Part shown: positions 1 through 12,042 of the stretch, piece by piece
Numbering within the stretch: the first letter of the stretch is position 1
How the letters are laid out: the number at the start of each line of letters is the position of its first letter
From: Alphaproteobacteria bacterium
Lineage (GTDB): Bacteria; Pseudomonadota; Alphaproteobacteria; SHVV01
Direction of reading: 5' to 3'
DNA: 64,000 nt
Assembly: GCA_965261735.1 (NCBI GenBank)
Contig: OZ253470.1
Location: forward strand, 3,744,001 to 3,808,000
Made by a program: the position numbers and the translations under genes
The notes under the pieces: model-generated
What the model was told of the DNA's origin: nothing
Databases searched by the model: none
The model's input: only the letters and a program-made list of their open reading frames with translations

Positions 1-930
1 CCGGGCGAGCGAGCGGCGGGCCGGCCCGACTGGTGGGGCGCCCTGTTGGCGAGCCTCGGGCTCGGCGCCATCGTGTTTGCCCTGATCCGCGCTGCCGCCG
101 TCGGTTTTGGCGCGCCGATCGTGCACGCAACCCTGGCCGCGGGCGGCCTCGGGCTCGTTCTGTTCGTGATTCACGAGAGCCGCGCTAGCCAGCCGATGAT
201 GCCCCTGTGGCTGTTCCGCTCGCGCGGCTTCAGCAGCGCCAACCTGCTCACGCTGCTGCTCTACGGCGCCCTAGGCGGCGCCTTCTTTTTCCTCCCCTTC
301 AATCTCATCCAGGTGCAGGGCTACACGACACTCGAGGCCGGCGCCGCGCTTTCGCCGACCATCGTTCTCATCTTCCTCCTGTCGCGCTCGGCCGGCGCGC
401 TGCTCGGGCGGGTTGGCGCACGATGGCTGTTGACGGTCGGCCCGCTCATCGCGGCGGGCGGATTCTTCCTCTTCGCCCTTCCCGGTATAGGCGGCAGCTA
501 CTGGACCACCTTCTTCCCCGCCGCGGTCGCTCTCGGCGCCGGCATGGCCATCACCATCGCTCCCTTGGTCAGCGTTGTCTTCGGCGCCGTCGATCCCCTG
601 CGGTCCGGCGTCGCCGCCGGCGTCAACATCACGATCTCGCGCGTCGCCAGCCTGATGGCGGTACCGATTCTCGCGGTCGTCGCGTTCGATCACTTCAACC
701 GCGATCTCGACCGTAGCCTCGCCCGCCTCGCGCTATCGCCGCCGGCCCTGGCCGCCTTCGAGCCCGAGCGGACCAAGCTCGCCGCGGCGCAGCCGCCGCC
801 AGTGCTGGGGCCCGGCGCCGCAGCGGCCCTATCGCGCGCGATCGACGAGGCGTTCGTCTACAGCTTTCGCCGCATCATGCTGATTGCGGCGGCCCTGGGG
901 GCGCCAGCGCGCTGGTCGGCCTATTGGTGA
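1..930 (+). CDS. MFS drug/H+ antiporter (DHA2-like), 5' part lies outside the window
   Basis: Many hydrophobic TM segments, 'PMMPLWLFRSRGFSSANLLT' motif typical of 14-TMS MFS proteins; 3' end may be frameshifted. Confidence 0.8.
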   Translation, partial: PGERAAGRPDWWGALLASLGLGAIVFALIRAAAVGFGAPIVHATLAAGGLGLVLFVIHESRASQPMMPLWLFRSRGFSSANLLTLLLYGALGGAFFFLPFNLIQVQGYTTLEAGAALSPTIVLIFLLSRSAGALLGRVGARWLLTVGPLIAAGGFFLFALPGIGGSYWTTFFPAAVALGAGMAITIAPLVSVVFGAVDPLRSGVAAGVNITISRVASLMAVPILAVVAFDHFNRDLDRSLARLALSPPALAAFEPERTKLAAAQPPPVLGPGAAAALSRAIDEAFVYSFRRIMLIAAALGAPARWSAYW

Positions 931-1017
931 TCGGCGCTGCGCCCGCGCGCCCCGCCGGCGCGCCGCAGGTGCGTGAGCGTGCCGGCCCGGGTCCGTGACC
1001 CGAAAGAGAGAGACGAA

Positions 1018-2744
1018 CTAGAATCGACGATTGAGACGTATCACGAGCGTGGCCGCGCCGGCCGCCTCCCGCATGTGGCCGGGCTCGTGCTGGTAGAGCA
1101 GGTTGGCACCAAGGTCGACGCCACGAAAGGGCGTGAACGCGTAGGAGACCTCCAGGTCGATCTCGCGCCCTCCCGCAACCAGCTCCACGCCCTCGCGCGA
1201 ATGGGTAACGGCGCCGCTGGCATAGTCGATACCTGTCGGGACGACCGCCCTCGCCCCTGCGCGCCAGGCCCGCAGCGGCTGCGAGATCGACAGGCCGAGG
1301 CGATCTCCGCCCGCGACGACGCCCGCTGCCAGGAGGCTCACGCCGTAGCTCGAGGTTGCGATCTCGGTGAAGTCCTGCAGTAGCCCGACCCCGGTATCGT
1401 CGACCCGGGTAACGCCTTGGGCGGTATATGCGGCCAGCGTCCATTTATCGCTCACGGGGAGCACACCAGAGAGGCCGGCGAACATGGTTCGTGCCCCCGA
1501 GAAAGAATCATAGGCGCCAGAGGCGACGCTATCGAGGACGCTCCCGTCCTCGGTCAGGGTGCCGAATCGCGCGCTCCAGCGAAGCTCGGGTGCGCGGCCG
1601 CGCGCGAGCTCGATGAACGCGGCGTGACGGGCGCGGCTCCCATGGAGTTCGCCGAAATCCCGCTCGCCGCTGGCAACCGCGAGCGCGAGGCGAGTACGCG
1701 CGCCCGCGGCGAGCTCGACGGCCAGGTGTTCGCCCTGTCCGACCATCGCCAGATACGGCGAGGCGAGGGGTGCCTTGGCCAGAAAAAGATCGGCGGGCGC
1801 GCCGGCGAGCGCCGCGGCGCCGAGGAGGTCCATGAGCGCGGCGCCGAAGCCGAGCGCCATTCGTGCGTTGCCGGAGAGGGGAGCCGAGAACGCGAGTTCC
1901 GGATTCTCGATCGCCGGGTTCGCGTTATCGGTTTCGCGCCAGCCGACCGGCGCGCCCGGAAGCTGGCCTTGGGTCAGCGTGAAAGCGAAGGACAGTCGTG
2001 CATCCGCTCCGACGTCAAGGGTGTCGGCCCGGCGCTCCTGGTTGTGCGCCAGCAGGTTCTCGAGGTCGAGCCCCTCATCGGCGGCCAGCGCCAGCGCCGA
2101 AAGATCGGCGAGATAGGCGCGGCCAAAGGAATCGAGGACGATGGCGTTGGTGAGCGCGGGCGCTCCTACGAGTGCATCGCCAAAGGCCGCGCCCAAAGTC
2201 AGGGTCGTCGCATCGAGATCGGCCCCACTCCCTTTGCCGGCTGCCACCGAAAGGGTGCCGAGCGGCGCCAGGGCCGCGCTCAGGTTCAGGAGACCCTGGC
2301 CGACGCCGGCGAGCCCGAGATCGGTCGCGGTCGTGAGCAGGATTTGCACCGCCTGCTCTGGCGTCAGCCCGGGGAATCGCTCGAGCATGAGCGCCACGCC
2401 CCCGCTCACCTGGGGCGCCGAGAACGACGTGCCGCTCGCCGTCACCGTGCCGCCGCCGACCGCCGTGGTCACGATGTTCTCGCCCGGCGCGACGAGGGTT
2501 GCCGTTGCGGTGTCCCCGGCACGGTTGCTGAACGAGGAGATGGCGTTGTTGGCGTCGACCGCGCCCACGGCGATCATGCGGCCGAGGGCATCGAAATTGC
2601 CGAGGCCGACGGCGCCGTGGAAGCCCTCGGGGCAGGGCACCGTGGCGCTGCAGTTGGAGAGGCGGGCGGGAAACTGGACCTCGGTGCCGAAACCCGAGCC
2701 GCCTTCGTTGCCGGCCGCGGACACGATGACGACCCCAGCCGCCA
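1018..2744 (-). pseudogene. S8 subtilase-family protease with beta-barrel-like C-terminus, N-terminus truncated by an IS
   Basis: SAAGNEG oxyanion motif, GTSFSAPQVSG catalytic Ser motif, terminal Phe; the Asp and His motifs are missing because the frame runs into the IS end at 2745. Confidence 0.8.
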
Positions 2745-4380
2745 GGGTGCGAGTCTCGCATGGCAGTGATGTCTGCGGCTTGGTTCGTTGAGTTCAGGCA
2801 GCGATTGCCATGGCTGCTGCACGTGGACTGATGTTGTCGTTGGCCGGTGTGTCGGTTGCGCTGATCAGGGCCTTCCATGCGCGCTCGAAGCGGCCGGATT
2901 TGATCAGGGCGCGGAAGGTCAGAACAGCCTGTCCGCCGACGATCCGCCAGCGCATGCCGGAGCGCTTCATGCGCTGTGTCACCAGGGATCTTGTTGGCAG
3001 CCTCGACCACGCCTGAGCCGATGGCGATGCCCTCTTCCTTCAGGGCGTGGTAGCGCATGCGATGGCGATGCTTGCGGAAGAAGGCGAGTTCCCGCTCGGT
3101 CTCGGCCCGGTCCGGCGCAGCGGCGGCATCGCGAAGGTGGCGCAGCGCCCGGATCACCTTGGCGACGCCACGGGGATCGTGACGGAGGATCTCGCGGTAC
3201 TTCTCGAACCAGCCGGGCGCCACGGCATGGTCGGACGCGGTTTGCAGATGTTCGCAAGCATGCCAGAAGTCGATCACCTCGGTTTCGGGCGACAGGGTCT
3301 CCAGGAAGGTCCAGTTGTCGGCGGCGCCATCGGCGATAGCGACGATCCCGATCTCGGGGCGTGCTCGCCTGATGTGTGCGACTTCGCTTGCAAGCTGCGC
3401 CTTCAGCGTGAGCTTGCCGCTCTCCGGCATGGGGCCGAGATAGAGGGTCTTCAGGCGCTTGCCCTCGGCGTCGTGGAAGGAGACCGTGCCGCAGGCGGCC
3501 TCGCGCCAGGAGGCCTTGGCGCGACCGTCCTCGCCGGGTCTCAGCGGCACCATGACGCCGTCGAGGGAGACCGAGGCGGTGGTCGCGTCCTGCGGTATGC
3601 CCTCGGCCTCACGGATGCTGCCCAGCGTCTCCGGGCCGAGGCTCTCCCAGCATTCGTGCATGCTCAGGGTCAGGCGCTCACCGACGGCGTCATGGCGCCG
3701 GTCTTCGCAAAGAACGCCGCCGCTTCCCGGGCCGTGCAGCGACCCATCATCAGCAGACCGAGTTCGGCCGCCGGCCGCGTCAGGTAATCGTCGACGAGGC
3801 CCAGGCTCTCGTCGACCGGCCACCGGCGATGCCCCGCTCGCGCCGCTGCGGTAACGCGCTCGCCGGTAGGCGAGCGAGGTCATGATCGTCTTCGGCGTCA
3901 CCGCGACCCGGAACCAGCTCTGCCCGTCCCGCTCGATCCGGGAAGCGCCATCGTCCCGGTTCTCGATGACGGCGCCCATGACATCGCGAGCGAACTCGTT
4001 CGTGGCCTCACGCACCCGCAACTCGACCTCCTCGGGCGCCTCGGGGCGCGGCTCGGAACGAAGCTCCTCGCGACACAGTGCGAGCACCCGGGCGGCCGCC
4101 TCGACGACCCGAGGAGGCAGGCCGGAAAGATCGATGGACGAAGGCGCCGGAGGCGGGGATACTGCCATGGGAATGCCCCCGATGTTGGGTTTCGAGACAC
4201 GGCATCGTACCGCTTCTGGCGGTGCGGAGCGTTCCCACCTTCCCCTGCTCGACCCTGCCGTCGTGACAAAATCCTGCCTTGGAGCGGCCCATTGTCACGA
4301 ATAGCCGTTTTCGGCCGTTCGTCTCGACACAAAAACGCACTAAATCAATGACTTAGATTTTCCATACCAGACCCACACCC
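2745..4380 (-). mobile_element. ISKra4/ISLre2-like IS, frameshifted transposase (copy 1)
   Basis: Imperfect IRs GGGTGCGAGTCT / GGGTGTGGGTCT; motifs SLDGVM, IADGA, DFWHA, IGSGVVEAANK; near-identical to 14245-15879. Confidence 0.85.
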
Positions 4381-5321
4381 TCTCAATCAGCGTCTTGGTG
4401 GCGGCTAGCTCCGACACTTTGCGCAGCGCGTGGGGTGCTCAAGATCCACGGCCTGGTCAAACCGCTCCATCTGCACGCTTGTTGAGGGAAACGGGACCAC
4501 TGATAATAAACGAGGATTCTCGTTGGTAATGGGGGCTCGCAAACAACGAGAATCACTGGTAGTACCGGTGGTGCTGTAGGTTCAAATGGGGATGGGCTCG
4601 CCGAGGGACGATGGGTATCGGGCGCTAACTCAACATCGGTGACCTGATATCCGCTTTCCGGCCGATCATGCCCGCTTCAGGGCCAAGAGCGGACCTACAA
4701 AGCAGGGTAGCGGCAGGTCTGCTACTGACCCAAAGCGGACGTCCGGCTGGCACCGATGGGGGCGACTGACAGTCGATAACTAGCCTAGTTCAACCGGGCG
4801 CAAGCCCTGTCGAAGCCACCGCTCGAAAATGGCGAGTAAGGAGCCTCCACCGTCAGGACTATGTTTTTGCGAGCAGCGAGTTGCACTCGTTGACCACGTC
4901 ATTGTCGGCTTCCTCCTCACCGGGCAGGACCGCCCACTGCTCGGCAAGTTTGCGCCGATCACCGAAATTGTTGAGCACGTCGGATGTCGCCTCCGGATCC
5001 GATCGAGCCCGCTCCGCGCAGAGCCCTGCTCGATAGGAAACGACCGCATCGCTGATTTGCACTCTCCATCGTCCTGGTAGTGACTTGCCAGCCGATCCAG
5101 CTGGAGATGAATGGCCCCACCACCAAGCCAATCACCAGGAAGATTATGCGCGGCCTCCACTCCTGAATTATCGTAACTACCCAGGTACCCCGCTCCTGAC
5201 CGCGAGAGGATGATGTAGGTGGTCGCCGGGGCCGGGTTTCCGCCGCCGCGTCGTTGATCGTCTCTTGACTCCATAGAATCGGGCGTCTATGGGTTGCGCT
5301 CTCGTGTGACGGGAGCGGCGC

Positions 5322-5987
5322 GTGGGATATTTCGGGTCGAAGGCGACGAGCGGTCTGTGCCAGGCGCTGATTGCGCTGATGCCGCCGCACAGCGTTTACA
5401 TCGAGAGCCACCTGGGGGGCGGTGCGCTGATGAAGCGCAAGCCAACGGGCGTGCGCTCGATCGGCATCGACCGCGATGCGCAGGCGCTCGAGGCCTTTGC
5501 CTGTGACTACCCGGTCGAGTTGGTGCATGGCTGTGCCCATGCCTTTTTGGCCTCGTTCCCGTTTCTGGGCCCGGAGCTGGTCTACAGCGATCCCCCCTAT
5601 CTGCACGCGACCCGCCGTTCGGCACGGCGCTATCGCTTCGACTTCGAGGAGGTCGACCATGTCGCGCTCCTGGACCTGCTCAAGGATCTGCCCTGCCAGG
5701 TGATGGTCTCGGGCCATCCCTCGGCGCTCTATGACGAGATGCTGGCGGGCTGGCGCAGTCTGGCGCTGCAGGTGACGACCCAGGCCCAGGTGCGGACCGA
5801 GGTCGTGTGGTTCAACTTCGCGCCCGACCGGGTGCATTGGGCGAGCTACGCAGGCCGGAACTTCACCGACCGCCAGCGCATCAAGCGTAAGGCGGCCAAC
5901 TGGGGCCGGCGTTACAAGGCCTTGCCGGCGGGCGAACGCCTCGCGGTGCTGGCCGCCATGATGGCCGTCGATGCCGAGGACCCGTGA
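5322..5987 (+). CDS. DNA adenine methyltransferase (D12/Dam-like)
   Basis: YFGSK...YIESHLGGGA SAM-binding region and YSDPPY catalytic motif. Confidence 0.85.
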   Translation: MGYFGSKATSGLCQALIALMPPHSVYIESHLGGGALMKRKPTGVRSIGIDRDAQALEAFACDYPVELVHGCAHAFLASFPFLGPELVYSDPPYLHATRRSARRYRFDFEEVDHVALLDLLKDLPCQVMVSGHPSALYDEMLAGWRSLALQVTTQAQVRTEVVWFNFAPDRVHWASYAGRNFTDRQRIKRKAANWGRRYKALPAGERLAVLAAMMAVDAEDP

Positions 5988-7522
5988 CGCTGTCGCGCTG
6001 GCACGAGGACCTCGCCGCCCATGACGAGGCCTTCGCGTGCCTGCAAGATCTTCTTGACCCCTCATCCTTCGCAACCACAGTCGTCAAGGCCTTCGGGGAA
6101 TGGGGCCAGGGGCTGTTGCGCCTGGCCACGGCGCTCGTCCGGGAGAATGCCGCGCTCGAGCGGGAGAACGCGACCCTGCGGGACCGCATCGCCGAGCTCG
6201 AGCGGAGCGCGGCGCTTGACAGCACCACCAGCAGCAAGCCGCCCGCCAGCGACGGCCTGCGCAAGAAGAGCCGAACCCAGAGGCGCACCCGAAGCCAGCG
6301 CGGCAAGTCCGGCAGGCCAAGCGGCGGCCAGCCGGGCCACAAGGGAACGACGCTGGCGCGGACCGAGAGCCCGGACCATGTTGTGGATCATGACCCCTCC
6401 GCCTGTTCGGGCTGCGGCGCACCGCTGTCGGACGCCGACCGTCACCGCGCGCCCGTCTGTCGACAGGTCTTCGATGTGCCCGAGCCACGCCCCCTGGAGG
6501 TCACCGAACACCGCGCCCATCGCTGCCTCTGCGGCGCCTGCGCCACCGTGACAGGAGCCGTCTTCGCGGACGGCGTGACCGCCCCGGTCCAGTACGGGCC
6601 ACGCATCACCGCCTGGGTGAGCTACCTGCTGTACGCCCAGTTCGTTCCCGAGAAGCGCTTGGCCGAACTCATGAGCGACCTCTTCGCAGTGTCCATCTCC
6701 ACAGCCACGATCACCGCCATGGGCCGGCGAACCGCCAGGCGCTTCGAGCCCTTCCTCGCCCATGTCGCAGACGTGATCCGCACAGCGGTCCCGGTCAAGC
6801 ACCTCGACGAAACCGGCCTGCGGATCGCCGCCCGTACCCGCTGGCTCCACGTGCTGTGCACCCCATTCCTGACCGTCCTGCGCATCGGCGCGGGACGCGG
6901 CGATGTCGAAAAGGACCTCGAAGGCATCCTCATCCATGACGATTACGCCGCCTACTTCACCCTCAAGGGCGTGCGCCACGGCGCCTGCAACGCCCATCAC
7001 CTGCGCGAACTCCAGGCCCTGATCGACATCGAGAAGGAAGACTGGGCAAAGAGCATGCACCGCCTCCTTGAGCGCGCACACAGGGCTACCCGCTTCTCCC
7101 GTGAGAACGGCCGCGACGCGCCCGCCTCCCTGGTGGCCCGGATCTCGCGGGCCTGGGCCCGCATCCTCGACCACGCCATCGCCTTCCACGAGGCGCAGCC
7201 GCCGCTCCGGACCGGCAAGCGCGGACGAAAGAAACGCCGCATCGGTCATAACCTCGCGCTCCGCCTCCGCAAGCACAAGGAGGGATGCCTGCGATTCCTC
7301 ACCGACCCGCGCACGCCGTTTACGAACAATGAGGCCGAACGTGACCTCCGAATGGCCAAGCTGCGCCAGAAGATCTCCGGTGGCTTCCGCTCCGAGAGGG
7401 GTGCCTGCAACTTCGCCAGAATGCGTGCCGTCATCGCCACCGCCCGAAAGCAAGGCTGGAACGTCCTCCAGACCCTGGTGCATCCCGATCCGATGCAACT
7501 AATCCCCCAACTGCGCCTCTGA
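5984..7522 (+). CDS. tnpC: IS66 transposase TnpC
   Basis: SSKPPASD, GGQPGHKG, CxxC zinc finger, HLDETG, CNAHHLREL and FTNNEAERDLR motifs. Confidence 0.95.
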   Translation: MTLSRWHEDLAAHDEAFACLQDLLDPSSFATTVVKAFGEWGQGLLRLATALVRENAALERENATLRDRIAELERSAALDSTTSSKPPASDGLRKKSRTQRRTRSQRGKSGRPSGGQPGHKGTTLARTESPDHVVDHDPSACSGCGAPLSDADRHRAPVCRQVFDVPEPRPLEVTEHRAHRCLCGACATVTGAVFADGVTAPVQYGPRITAWVSYLLYAQFVPEKRLAELMSDLFAVSISTATITAMGRRTARRFEPFLAHVADVIRTAVPVKHLDETGLRIAARTRWLHVLCTPFLTVLRIGAGRGDVEKDLEGILIHDDYAAYFTLKGVRHGACNAHHLRELQALIDIEKEDWAKSMHRLLERAHRATRFSRENGRDAPASLVARISRAWARILDHAIAFHEAQPPLRTGKRGRKKRRIGHNLALRLRKHKEGCLRFLTDPRTPFTNNEAERDLRMAKLRQKISGGFRSERGACNFARMRAVIATARKQGWNVLQTLVHPDPMQLIPQLRL

Positions 7523-8179
7523 GAACACCGGCACCGCTACCAGCCCGGACCCCCACGATCCCTCACATACAAACGCTCGGGCCAATCAGACCTGGGTAGT
7601 TACGAATTATCTTCACCTGTTCGAGTCCTTTTCGCCTGACATTTCCCAGATAACCGTCAAATCGACTCCGACAGTACCTGATTTTTCACCGACCATCGGA
7701 TTCGTTCACCAGAGCGTCTTGATGGCGCGCGTCGCGGTGGGCCTGCTCGTCCCGATCAGCTCATGCCGAGCGGGCGGCAGCTCGAAATGCAAGGACTGGA
7801 CGTGGGGGGAATTCCGCGCCCGTTGGCCGCCCTCGGCGCGTTGAATGAGCTGGTTTCTTGCACCAGGAAGACCGACACGACTTGATCACGGATACAACAG
7901 AGAGTTCTTCAGCAGCCTCGGCTAAAAGCAGGCATTCTAGTGTGAGTGCGCCTAACGTCCACTAGTGCGTCACATAATGACTGGGAGGAACTACGCATGA
8001 ATAAGTCATTGTTAGCGTCGTGCCGAGCGCTCTTCCTCGCCGCGGCTTTCGCTGCGACTGCCGTTCTCGCCGGCGTGGCCCCGGCGGAAGCCGCCGCGTC
8101 CAAGCTGAAAATCCTCTTTGGGACGCCGCCGACGACATACGCCATCCCCTACTACCTCGCTATCGACAAAGGCTGGTTT

Positions 8180-9045
8180 CTTGCCTATCCGGTTAACGCC
8201 CATGACCGCTACATGTAGGGTGCCGCCACTCTCCCGAGTAAAGCTCGGCATAGGTTGGAGCAGAGGTGTCGCCCGCGATGCCGAGCAATGAGCGGAAGGC
8301 GTTGAACGGGTAGAACCGCCTGTTGAAGCGGAAGGTGAACTCGTTGAGGTAGGCTTGTAGGTGCTGGTGGCTAACGCCGTGGTGGATACCGATCAGCCAC
8401 GTCTTCAGGTTGGCGAAAACCAGATGGATGATCGGCAGGTATTGCTCGGCAACCTCTGGATCACCACACTCGGCAACAGCGAAGTGCTCATAGCCGCGCT
8501 TCCCGAGGCCAGCATAGCCGCTCCAATCGTCAGTAACGATCAGCGATCGCGGCGCGACGGTGCTCTCGACGAACCCACAGAGCGACTCGGCGCTACGGTC
8601 GAGCACGACGGCGAGCCGAACGCGTCCGGCATAGCGTCCGTCTTTCCGGTTGTCGAGCTTGGTGCCCGGCTTTCGATGACGCACCTCGATGGCACAGGAG
8701 ACGGGAACCTTGTGGTGAACACCACGGCCTTCCCCACGCGTTCGCCCGCCAACCCAGGTTTCGTCCACCTCAACATGGTTCTTGGGCTGTCCACCGATCC
8801 TGTCTTGGTTGGGCCGCACCATGCCCGAGCGGAGCTTGTGGAGAATTTGAAAGGCCGTCTCCCCAGCGGGCTTTCTCCAGGTAGGCGGCGCAGGCCGCAT
8901 CATCGGCGAAAAGTCGCTGGAACTCGGGTAGCGAATGCGGGAATGGGAGATCGGCGCGGTCGAGAACATCCATGGCGCGCTCCCCTATATCCGGTTTGCG
9001 CCCACTCTAGCCCTAGTGGGTGTGGGTGTAAACCGGATAGGTAAG
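8180..9045 (-). mobile_element. IS1595-family element A (ISSod11-like), internal 239-bp deletion
   Basis: IR CTTGCCTATCCGG; near-perfect TSD GCTGGTTT / GCTGGTTC. Confidence 0.95.
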
Positions 9046-9463
9046 GCTGGTTCAAGGACATGGACCTCGAGGTCGAGGACATTCACTTAATCGGTAGCAG
9101 CAACTCGCTGCGCGCCCTGATTTCGGGCAGCGGCGACGTCGTGCTTGTCGGCCCGTCGTCGACCATGCTGAGCATCCAGGGCGGCAGCGGCGTCAAGGTC
9201 ATCGGCTCATGGCAGCCGCGGGTGGACTATCAGCTGATTGGCAGCCGGAAGATGAAGGTCGCCAAGATCGAGGATATTCCCGGTAAGACAATGGCCGGCG
9301 GCGGCGGCATCGGCATGCTCAATCACATGACGTCGATGATCCTGAAAAGAAACGGCCTCGACCCCAAGGTCGACTTCGTTGCGGTGGGCGGCCACGCCGA
9401 TCGGCTGGCAGCGGTGGTCGCGGGCAAGGCGGACTATGCGCTCGTCAACACCTTGCACGCAAC

Positions 9464-9768
9464 CTTGCCTATCCGGTTTACACCCACACCCACTAGGGCT
9501 AGAATGGGCGCAAACCGGATATAGAGGAGCGCGCCATGGATGTTCTCGACCGCGCCGATCTCCCATTCCCGCATTCGCTAGCCGAGTTCCAGCGACTTTT
9601 CCCCGATGATGCGGCCTGCGCCGCCTACCTGGAGAAAGCCCGCTGGGGAGACGGCTTTGCCTGCCCGCACTGCGGCACGGCGGGAGAGCCGTTCCACTTT
9701 GAAAACCGCCCTGGCGTCCTGCGCTGCCGCAAGTGCCGCCAGAACACCGGGCTGACGGTGGGAACAGT
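9464..9768 (+). mobile_element. IS1595 element A, 5' fragment
   Basis: Left IR plus transposase start MDVLDRAD; truncated. Confidence 0.95.
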
Positions 9769-9896
9769 CCGAACGAGATCACCGAGTTCACGGCCGAGAA
9801 GTACCTCGAATACGGTGTGCTCAAGAAGGCGATCTCCCGCGACCAGGTGCTCGACGCCTCGATCGTCGAGCCGATCATCAAGGAACTGGGCACGTT

Positions 9897-11051
9897 CTAG
9901 TGGATTGATTCCAACGTTTGGAACCCTCTGTTTCGTGCGGCGATGATATGATCGGGGTCGGCTTTCCAGATGAAGGGTTTTGGGTTTGCGTCATTGTATT
10001 CGCGGACAAATCGGTTGATGGCGTCCTGAAGGTCGACGACGGATTGGAAGACGCCGTATTTGAGCCTGCGCCGCGTTAGTTTGGCGAAGAAGCCCTCGAC
10101 GGCATTGAGCCACGAGCACGAGGTTGGCGTGAAGTGGAAGGTCCAGCGTGGATGGCGGGCGAGCCAGGCGCGGACCTTGTCCTTCTTGTGCGCGGCGTAG
10201 TTGTCGAGGATGACGTGGACGGCCTTGTCCGTCGGCACCTCGCGCTCGATGCGGTTGAGGAAGCGGATGAACTCCTGATGGCGGTGGCGCTGCATGTTCT
10301 GTGCGATGACCGTACCGTCCAGCACGTTGAGCGCGGCGAACAGCGTCGTCGTGCCATGCCGTTTGTAATCATAGGTCATCGTACCGGCGCGGCCCTTCTT
10401 CATCGGCAAGCCGGGTTGGGTGCGGTCGAGCGCCTGGATCTGTGATTTCTCATCAACCGACAGCACCACGGCATGGGCCGGCGGATCGACATACAAGCCG
10501 ACGATATCTGTGAGCTTCTCGGCGAAGGCGGGATCATTGGAGAGCTTGAAGTGCCGCCAGCGGTGCGGGCTGAGGCCATGGGCCTTCCAGATCGCTTGGA
10601 CCGTCGACGCCGCGACGCCAGCAACCTTCGCCATCGCGCGCAGCGTCCAGTGGGTCGCCTCGTGCGGCGGCGCTTGCTGGGTCAGGCGGACGATCTCGGC
10701 GACGCGCTTCGGCGGGATCGGCGCTTTGCCAGGCGGACGGGACCTGTCGCGAAGCAAGCCGTTGACACCCTCGTGCATGAACCGCTCCTGCCAGCGCCAG
10801 ACACAGGTCTTGGACTTGCCGGTCTCGGCCATGATCGACGAGTTCCCGAGCCCCTCGTCGCTCTTCAGGATGATCCGCGCCCGCCAGACATGTTTCTGCG
10901 AGCTCTTCGGGTCCGCGACGATAGCTTGCAATCGCTGACGGTCGCCAGACGTGACAGTAAAATGGATGCCGGTGCGCATAGCACAGACTCACATGACACC
11001 GCACAATACGGAATCTCAAATCGGACTCTTTCGTTCCGATCAATCCACTAG
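9897..11051 (-). mobile_element. IS630-family element (transposase 9897-10979)
   Basis: IR CTAGTGGATTGAT at a CTAG target; DEKSQIQAL, LDNYAAHK and SWLNAVE motifs. Confidence 0.95.
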
Positions 11052-12042
11052 AATGGGCGCAACCCGGATATAGGGGAGCGCGCCATGGATGTTCTCGACC
11101 GCGCCGATCTCCCATTCCCGCATTCGCTACCCGAGTTCCAGCGACTTTTCCCCGATGATGCGGCCTGCGCCGCCTACCTGGAGAAAGCCCGCTGGGGAGA
11201 CGGCTTTGCCTGCCCGCACTGCGGCACGGCGGGAGAGCCGTTCCACTTTGAAAACCGCCCTGGCGTCCTGCGCTGCCGCAAGTGCCGCCAGAACACCGGG
11301 CTGACGGTGGGAACAGTGATGGAGCGTAGCCACACTCCGCTGAACGTCTGGTTCTGGGCCGCTTATCTGGTCGCCAGTCAGACGCCCGGCATGTCCGCCG
11401 TGCAGTTTCAGCGGCAACTTGGTCTTTCGCGCTACGAGACGGCCTTTCAAATTCTCCACAAGCTCCGCTCGGGCATGGTGCGGCCCAACCAAGACAGGAT
11501 CGGTGGACAGCCCAAGAACCATGTTGAGGTGGACGAAACCTGGGTTGGCGGGCGAACGCGTGGGGAAGGCCGTGGTGTTCACCACAAGGTTCCCGTCTCC
11601 TGTGCCATCGACGTCGTGCTCGACCGTAGCGCCGAGTCGCTCTGTGGGTTCGTCGAGAGCACCGTCGCGCCGGGATCGCTGATCGTTACTGACGATTGGA
11701 GCGGCTATGCTGGCCTCGGTAAGCGCGGCTATGAGCACTTCGCTGTTGCCGAGTGTGGTGATCCAGAGGTTGCCGAGCAATACCTGCCGATCATCCATCT
11801 GGTTTTCGCCAACCTGAAGACGTGGCTGATCGGTATCCACCACGGCGTTAGCCACCAGCACCTACAAGCCTACCTCAACGAGTTCACCTTCCGCTTCAAC
11901 AGGCGGTTCTACCCGTTCAACGCCTTCCGCTCATTGCTCGGCATCGCGGGCGACACCTCTGCTCCAACCTATGCCGAGCTTTACTCGGGAGAGTGGCGGC
12001 ACCCTACATGTAGCGGTCATGGGCGTTAACCGGATAGGCAAG
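11048..12042 (+). mobile_element. IS1595 element A lacking its outer left end (found at 51207-51245); 75-bp in-frame deletion
   Basis: Transposase 11085-12029; right IR followed by GGTTGATC. Confidence 0.95.

Larger units (their letters stand above)
5173..7603 (+). mobile_element. IS66-family element (TnpC only, ISBst12-like) with a methyltransferase passenger
   Basis: 14-bp perfect IR GTAACTACCCAGGT (5173-5186 / 7590-7603); 8-bp TSD GAATTATC (5165-5172 / 7604-7611). Confidence 0.95.
4859..7616 (-). pseudogene. Small membrane protein split by the IS66 insertion and frameshifted
   Basis: Removing the IS and one TSD restores GTG AAG ATA ATT CAG GAG TGG (VKIIQEWRPRIIFLVIGLVVG...); a second frame continues ISDAVVSYRAGLCAERARS. 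Confidence 0.6.
7997..9900 (+). pseudogene. ABC substrate-binding protein (NMT1/SsuA-like), interrupted twice by IS1595
   Basis: Signal peptide and LAIDKGWF|KDMDLEVE motif; pieces at 7997-8179, 9046-9463 and 9769-9900. Confidence 0.85.

Noticed and set aside
2075-4168. 697-aa ORF read as a transposase fusion protein
   Set aside because: Product of compensating frameshifts and read-through out of the IS into an off-frame of the protease gene
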